Source: Candidatus Eiseniibacteriota bacterium (lineage in GTDB: Bacteria; Eisenbacteria; RBG-16-71-46; CAVPCR01). From it: DNA of 64,000 nucleotides. Below, in pieces: positions 59,568-64,000 of this stretch. Under the pieces are notes generated by a model that was given only the letters and a program-made list of their open reading frames with translations, ran no database searches and was not told the origin of the DNA. Made by a program: the position numbers and the translations under genes. The stretch's first letter is position 1. Each line of letters starts with the position of its first letter. The stretch lies in NCBI GenBank assembly GCA_963702435.1, contig CAVPCR010000002.1, positions 288,001 through 352,000 of the forward strand. The letters run 5' to 3'.

Positions 59568-60698
59568 CTAGCGCGCCGCGCCGGAGGCCCGGCCTCGAGT
59601 CGTGTCCCCGACCGCGCAGCCCAGTCCGAAGGCCCCGATGCGGCCGCACCCGGGCACAGCCAGGCAGGGCGAGTCGGGACGCAGGCCGAAGCGACCGCCG
59701 GCCGGATCGCAGAAGAAGGGGTCCACGCTCAGATTGCCCGGGTACACGGCGCAGCCCGGGGCGAAGTCGCCGGCCGCATGCCCCCACACGTCATTGCAGC
59801 GGAAGTCCTGCCACTCCTGCGCCTGCGCCTCGCAGCTCACGCCGGGGCCGGCGTTCTCGGCGATGATGTTGCGTTCCACGCGCGGCGCCGCGTAGTTGGC
59901 GAGCAGGAGCCCCCCGGCTACACCCGACGAGTCGCTGTTCGCCCATACCACGTTCTCCTCGATGCGCGGCTGGCCGCGATCCACGCTCAGTCCGCCGCCG
60001 CCCTCGCCGGCCTCGTTCCTGGCGATCACGTTCATGATGATCGCCGGCTCCGAGCCGTGGGTGACGGCGATCCCGCCGCCCTGCCGGCGCGCACGATTGC
60101 GTTCGATCACGTTGGCGCCGATCACCGGAGAGGAGCCCCAGCCGCTGCGCTTGCCGACATAGATGCCGCCGCCGAGAGCGGCCTCGTTCTCGGTGATCAC
60201 CGAGTTGGCGATGACCGGATTCGAGCCGTCGAGGCAGGCGATGCCCCCACCGCGGGCGTCGGCCCCCAGCGCTCGATTGCCGACCACGCGATTCAGGTTG
60301 AGTCGCGGGCTCGCACCGCGCTCGCAGCGAATGCCGGCGCCGTCTCCCTCCACCGCCGTGAGCACGCCGCCGGTGATCGTGAACCCCTCGAGCAGGGTCA
60401 ACGCGGTCACCTGCGTGAAGAGGACGACCGGCCCCGATCCGCCGCCGTCGAGGATCGTCGAATCGCGGCCCGCCACCGCGATCAGCGCGACGCGATCGGG
60501 CACGCGCAGGAGACCGACATGGCGTCCGGGACCGACGAGAAGCGTATCTCCCGGGGACACGACAGCCAGCGAATCGGCGAGCGCTCCCGGACCGGCGGCG
60601 GTCACGTGGAGGCGGCGTGCGAGGATCGGCTCGGGTGCGAGGGCGACCAGGGCGGCCGCGACGGCGAGCACGAGCATCGAGATCGAGCGGATAGACAT
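59568..60698 (-). CDS. Secreted right-handed parallel beta-helix protein
   Basis: Signal peptide, GDTLLVGPG, LEGFTITGG, repeated GGGI...P.I..N.I..N.A, and Cys-rich tail DPFFCDP...SPCL...CGRIGAFGLGC. SD AGGAG. Confidence 0.85.
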   Translation of the reverse strand: MSIRSISMLVLAVAAALVALAPEPILARRLHVTAAGPGALADSLAVVSPGDTLLVGPGRHVGLLRVPDRVALIAVAGRDSTILDGGGSGPVVLFTQVTALTLLEGFTITGGVLTAVEGDGAGIRCERGASPRLNLNRVVGNRALGADARGGGIACLDGSNPVIANSVITENEAALGGGIYVGKRSGWGSSPVIGANVIERNRARRQGGGIAVTHGSEPAIIMNVIARNEAGEGGGGLSVDRGQPRIEENVVWANSDSSGVAGGLLLANYAAPRVERNIIAENAGPGVSCEAQAQEWQDFRCNDVWGHAAGDFAPGCAVYPGNLSVDPFFCDPAGGRFGLRPDSPCLAVPGCGRIGAFGLGCAVGDTTRGRASGAAR

Positions 60699-60866
60699 GG
60701 AACGGACTTCTCCTTGGCCGGCAGGTTGCGCGGGCCACCGCCTGCATTCTAATCGAACCCGGAACGGATCGAACCCCTTGCGTCCGGCGGGCTCCGCGCG
60801 CCACACTCCCGCCTCGTGCCCCGGGACCCCGATCGCCGTACGGCCAGGCCGCCCCGGAGAGACTTG

Positions 60867-61850
60867 ATGCGCTGCCTTCCGTTCCCGCTGCGCGCCCCCG
60901 CGCGACATCTCGCCCCCGCGCGACGTCTCGCCCCCGCGCGACGTCTCGCCCCCGCGCGACGTCTCGCCCTCGCGCGACCCCTCGCCCTCGCGGCCGTCCT
61001 CGCCCTCGGCACCGGCGCCCCCGGGCGCTCCGGCGCCCAGCTCGGGACCAACGACGGCGAACCGTTTCCCGTGGGGCGCGGCAACTTCCTCGCGACCGCA
61101 GCCGGTCCCACCGCCGGACTCAACCTCCCGGCCGCCGCGGCCTTTGTGCCGGACGACCGCTTTCTCATCGCCGCGGAGGCGGTGGACGATCGCCTCGCCG
61201 GGAGCGATATCCTGTGGCAGGTACGCCGATTTCTCCTCTCCTACCGCCACGTCGACCATCGCCCGCCAGATGCGCCCGACTACAACGAAGATCACTACGC
61301 CTTCGGCGTCGCCGGACAGACCGGCCGCTGGGTGATAGGCAGCGATGCCGCGTACTTCGTGAACGACGTGGCGGGCGCCGACGATGCCTTCACCTATGGC
61401 ATCTCCCTGGCCATCCAGGCCCATCCCCGGGTCTCGTTCGCCGTGCGCGGGATGCACCTGAGTCGTCCGTCCTACATCGAGGGCCACCTCGAGCGCGTGA
61501 TCGCTCCGGCCTTCGCCTTCCACGTCCTCGACCGCCGCCGCCTGACCCTCGCTGCCGATCTCTTCTTTCAGGAGGACGGGAGCGACGACTTCGCACTCCG
61601 CTATGGATTCGAGAGCGAGATCCGCCCCGGCTTCCACCTGGCCGGGACGATGACCAACGAGGGCGTGTTCTCGGCAAGCATCGCCCTCCAGCCCGGCAAG
61701 GAGATCTCGGGCTACGGCCTGAGCGGCGACCTGGACGGAGGCCCGCGCCATCACTTCATCCACGTCGGGCGCGAGGGTCATCCACCGCCGAAGGAGACCC
61801 AGAGACCGAGCGTGAAGAGGGGGCGCCCGCCGGACACGCCGGGGCGGTAG
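60867..61850 (+). CDS. Putative exported/outer-membrane beta-stranded protein
   Basis: Signal-like LALAAVLALG, alternating hydrophobic strands, and an N-terminal segment loosely like the PorV/FadL NPA motif region. Confidence 0.6.
   Translation: MRCLPFPLRAPARHLAPARRLAPARRLAPARRLALARPLALAAVLALGTGAPGRSGAQLGTNDGEPFPVGRGNFLATAAGPTAGLNLPAAAAFVPDDRFLIAAEAVDDRLAGSDILWQVRRFLLSYRHVDHRPPDAPDYNEDHYAFGVAGQTGRWVIGSDAAYFVNDVAGADDAFTYGISLAIQAHPRVSFAVRGMHLSRPSYIEGHLERVIAPAFAFHVLDRRRLTLAADLFFQEDGSDDFALRYGFESEIRPGFHLAGTMTNEGVFSASIALQPGKEISGYGLSGDLDGGPRHHFIHVGREGHPPPKETQRPSVKRGRPPDTPGR
60894..61001 (+). repeat. 18-bp tandem repeat GCCCCCGCGCGACGTCTC (4 near-exact plus 2 degenerate copies)
   Basis: Seen directly. 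Encodes (APARRL)n in the signal-peptide n-region. Confidence 0.9.
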
Positions 61851-62055
61851 AGCCGTCGCGCGACCTCAGCGCCGGAAGGAGAGGCGGCGCCCGGACGCAA
61901 GGGGCTCCCGGTGCCGCCAGCGGGGCGCGAAGCGGCGGGGCATCTGCTCGTGGGGGAGCTTCCGCCGGGGCCGCGTGACATGGCGGAGGACGAGGAGCAG
62001 GAGGAGCAGGAGGAGCGCGCGGCCGAGGCTCGTCATGGCGGACGGGGCGCCGCCG

Positions 62056-62475
62056 CTAGCGGCGGCGCTTGACCAGGCGAACGGTGGTGCCCTGGTCGAA
62101 GCTGTAGGCCACCTCGTCCATCATCTGCCGCATGATGAAGATGCCGCGGCCCCGCTCGCGCAGGAGATTCTCGGGGCTCGTCGGATCGGGCACGCGACCG
62201 ATGTCGAACCCGGCGCCCGGATCGTGCACGATGATCGTGAGCGCGTCGGCGCCGACCTCGAAGCGCAGGTGGATGCGGCCCGCTCCGTTCTTGCGGCAAC
62301 CGTGCTGGATGGCGTTGGTGCCGGCCTCGACGACCGAGATGGAGACGGCCGTCCGCGCATCCTCGTCGAACTGCATGAGCTCGTTCACGGCCTCGACGAC
62401 GTTGTCGACGAGATCGAGGAACTCGAGCTGGGCCGGGATGACCAGTTCGACGGCGCCGCCTTGGCGGTCAGACAT
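62056..62475 (-). CDS. rsbW: Anti-sigma factor / Ser kinase, RsbW-like
   Basis: EAGTNAIQHG, DPGAGFD, RGRGIFIMRQMMDEV. Confidence 0.88.
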   Translation of the reverse strand: MSDRQGGAVELVIPAQLEFLDLVDNVVEAVNELMQFDEDARTAVSISVVEAGTNAIQHGCRKNGAGRIHLRFEVGADALTIIVHDPGAGFDIGRVPDPTSPENLLRERGRGIFIMRQMMDEVAYSFDQGTTVRLVKRRR

Positions 62476-62493
62476 AGTGGTGCTCGCTCGCTC

Positions 62494-62829
62494 CTAGAAG
62501 CTGGCCAGGGCCTGGGATTCGTCGGCGTAGCTCTCGAAGATCATGTTGAGCCGGGTCACCATGAGAATGCTCTCGACCCGCCGCGAGACCTGGCAGAGCT
62601 TCATCGCGCCGCCCGCCCGGCTCACCTGCGTGTGGCCCGCGATCAGGATGCCGAGGCCGGTCGAGTTGACCCAGGAGACGTCTCCGAGATCGACGAGGAT
62701 CTTCCGTCCCCCCTCGCCGAGGATCAGCTTCAGCTCTCGATCGAAGGCATCGGCATCCGGTCCCCCCATGAGCTTCCCGGAGACCTGCAACACCACGACA
62801 CCATCCTTGTCGGTCCGGGAAATCTTCAT
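62494..62829 (-). CDS. rsbV: Anti-sigma factor antagonist (STAS), RsbV-like
   Basis: LVDLGDVSWVNSTGLGIL with the phosphorylatable Ser. SD GGAGG. Confidence 0.88.
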   Translation of the reverse strand: MKISRTDKDGVVVLQVSGKLMGGPDADAFDRELKLILGEGGRKILVDLGDVSWVNSTGLGILIAGHTQVSRAGGAMKLCQVSRRVESILMVTRLNMIFESYADESQALASF

Positions 62830-62958
62830 GGCATCCCCATCCTCCAGAGATCGGCGCGGGCGGACCGCGGAGACGCAAGGCCGGCGGGTGCGAGCCTCCG
62901 GTCCCGGAGCGAGCGCGAGGCGCCGCCGGATCCACGCCGCCATCAAGACGAACCAACG

Positions 62959-62987
62959 AGACTAGCTCATGCATGCGTCGAGATCAA
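62959..62987 (-). promoter_or_regulatory. Possible internal sigma70-type promoter for rsbV-rsbW
   Basis: TTGATC-N17-TAGTCT. Confidence 0.5.
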
Positions 62988-63045
62988 CGTGCGCCGGGGG
63001 CAGCGGTTCCGGATCACCTTCGGTCCCTGTCCGGGGACGGGCCTA

Positions 63046-64000
63046 TCAGGTCCACGGTGGATCGGCGGGGCGCGCGGGCCCCGGCCCGGCCGCCCTGCCG
63101 CGCTCGCCCGGGCCGGCCGCCGCTCCCAGCGATGCGGGGGCGGCCAGCCCTCCCGCCGCCGGCCCTGTCGCCGCCGGCACTCCCGCCGCCGGCACTCCGG
63201 TCGCGCGCGCTCCCGGACCCGGCGCTGCCCCCGCGGTGATCCCGCGCGCTCCGGGGTCTCGCGCCCCGCTCGCAGCCGCGCCGGCGTGCGCCCCGGCGCC
63301 GTTCGCTCCGCGCTCCCCGTCCACCCGGAGGACGAGCACGGTCAGGTCATCCTCGAAGTCGATCCCGTTCGAGAAGGTCCGGCACGACTCCTCGAGCGAG
63401 CCGAGCAGTTCCCGCGCGGGCGTGGCCGGGTCGAAGTCGCGCACGGCCGCCTCGAGCCGCTCGTCGCCGAACATGTCGCCATTCGAGTCCGCCGCCTCGG
63501 TCAGTCCGTCCGTGTAGAGGACGAGCAGATCGCGGTAATCCAGGGTGACCTCCCCTTCCTCGAACTCGGCGCCTTCGAACGCGCCGAGGAGGAGCCCACC
63601 GCGATCCAGGCGCTCGAGGCGGCCATCCTCGCGCCGGAGGAGGGGGGGATTGTGCCCGCCGTTCGAGTAGCGCATGCGGAGATCGAGACAGTCCACCCGG
63701 GCCAGGAACAAGGTCACGAACTCGCGCTCGCTGGTCGACTCGAAGATCAGGCGGTTCAGACTCCGCATCATCTCGCACAGGCTGATCGGCCCGCGCGCCT
63801 GCGTGCGCAGCGAGGCGCGGAGCATGGACATGAGCAGCGCCGCCGGCACGCCCTTCCCCGACACGTCGCCGATCGCGATCAGGATCTCGCGTTCGCCGAT
63901 CGGCATCACGTCGTAGTAGTCCCCGCTCACGACCTTCGAGGGGACGTTGCGCGCCCACAGATCGAGCGGCGGCATCGGCGGGAACTCGGCCGGCAGGAAG
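63046..64000 (-). CDS. rsbU: PP2C/SpoIIE phosphatase, RsbU-like (5' part outside window)
   Basis: VSGDYYD, IGDVSGKGVPAALLM, NGGHNPP, LYTDGLTEA, DDLT. Ala/Gly/Pro-rich tail. Confidence 0.88.
   Translation of the reverse strand, partial: FLPAEFPPMPPLDLWARNVPSKVVSGDYYDVMPIGEREILIAIGDVSGKGVPAALLMSMLRASLRTQARGPISLCEMMRSLNRLIFESTSEREFVTLFLARVDCLDLRMRYSNGGHNPPLLRREDGRLERLDRGGLLLGAFEGAEFEEGEVTLDYRDLLVLYTDGLTEAADSNGDMFGDERLEAAVRDFDPATPARELLGSLEESCRTFSNGIDFEDDLTVLVLRVDGERGANGAGAHAGAAASGARDPGARGITAGAAPGPGARATGVPAAGVPAATGPAAGGLAAPASLGAAAGPGERGRAAGPGPARPADPPWT

Noticed and set aside
60894..61001. Short repeat array as a CRISPR
   Set aside because: The units are contiguous with no spacers, lie in frame within a CDS, and no cas genes are present.

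Overview
Very GC-rich bacterial chromosome segment from a diderm, probably an FCB-affiliated candidate lineage such as Eisenbacteria/Latescibacterota. That placement is inferred from the lpxC-fabZ fusion, the FlgD/T9SS-like C-terminal domain protein and the mcsA-mcsB-clpC-bamA synteny. About 50 genes are present and all but two lie on the minus strand. From left to right: (i) a surface-glycan cluster (glycosyltransferases, AsnB-like amidotransferase, flippase, epimerase, DUF2723/TMEM260-like GT-C, heptosyltransferase, MsbA); (ii) Minf_1886-like, MEMO1 and nadB; (iii) the lipid A/outer-membrane operon lpxK-waaA-lpxB-gnnA-like-lpxA-lpxC/fabZ-lpxD-skp-bamA; (iv) clpC-mcsB-mcsA, with clpC and mcsB frameshifted, probably as an assembly artefact; (v) lolD-lolC/E-lysS; (vi) tandem purS-like-purQ-purL-purB, htrA, fsa/tal, truA, orphan ecfT, lnt and a Gfo oxidoreductase; (vii) a candidate signalling cassette; (viii) a 1139-aa secreted PKD/cohesin/dockerin protein with an O-antigen-ligase-like TPR partner; (ix) small hypotheticals, a beta-helix protein, a putative beta-barrel and an rsbW-rsbV-rsbU-like partner-switching module. 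The most interesting item is the cassette at about 48.4-52.5 kb. It comprises a conserved hypothetical gene, an unannotated 21-aa hydrophobic peptide gene (MFAMIGLVNLIIALLGGRAGW, perfect Shine-Dalgarno), a multi-TM HD-GYP phosphodiesterase with a candidate sigma54 promoter, and a sigma54 activator lacking a sensor domain. No rRNA, tRNA, CRISPR array or mobile element was recognised. Start codons were picked by eye and no database searches were run.
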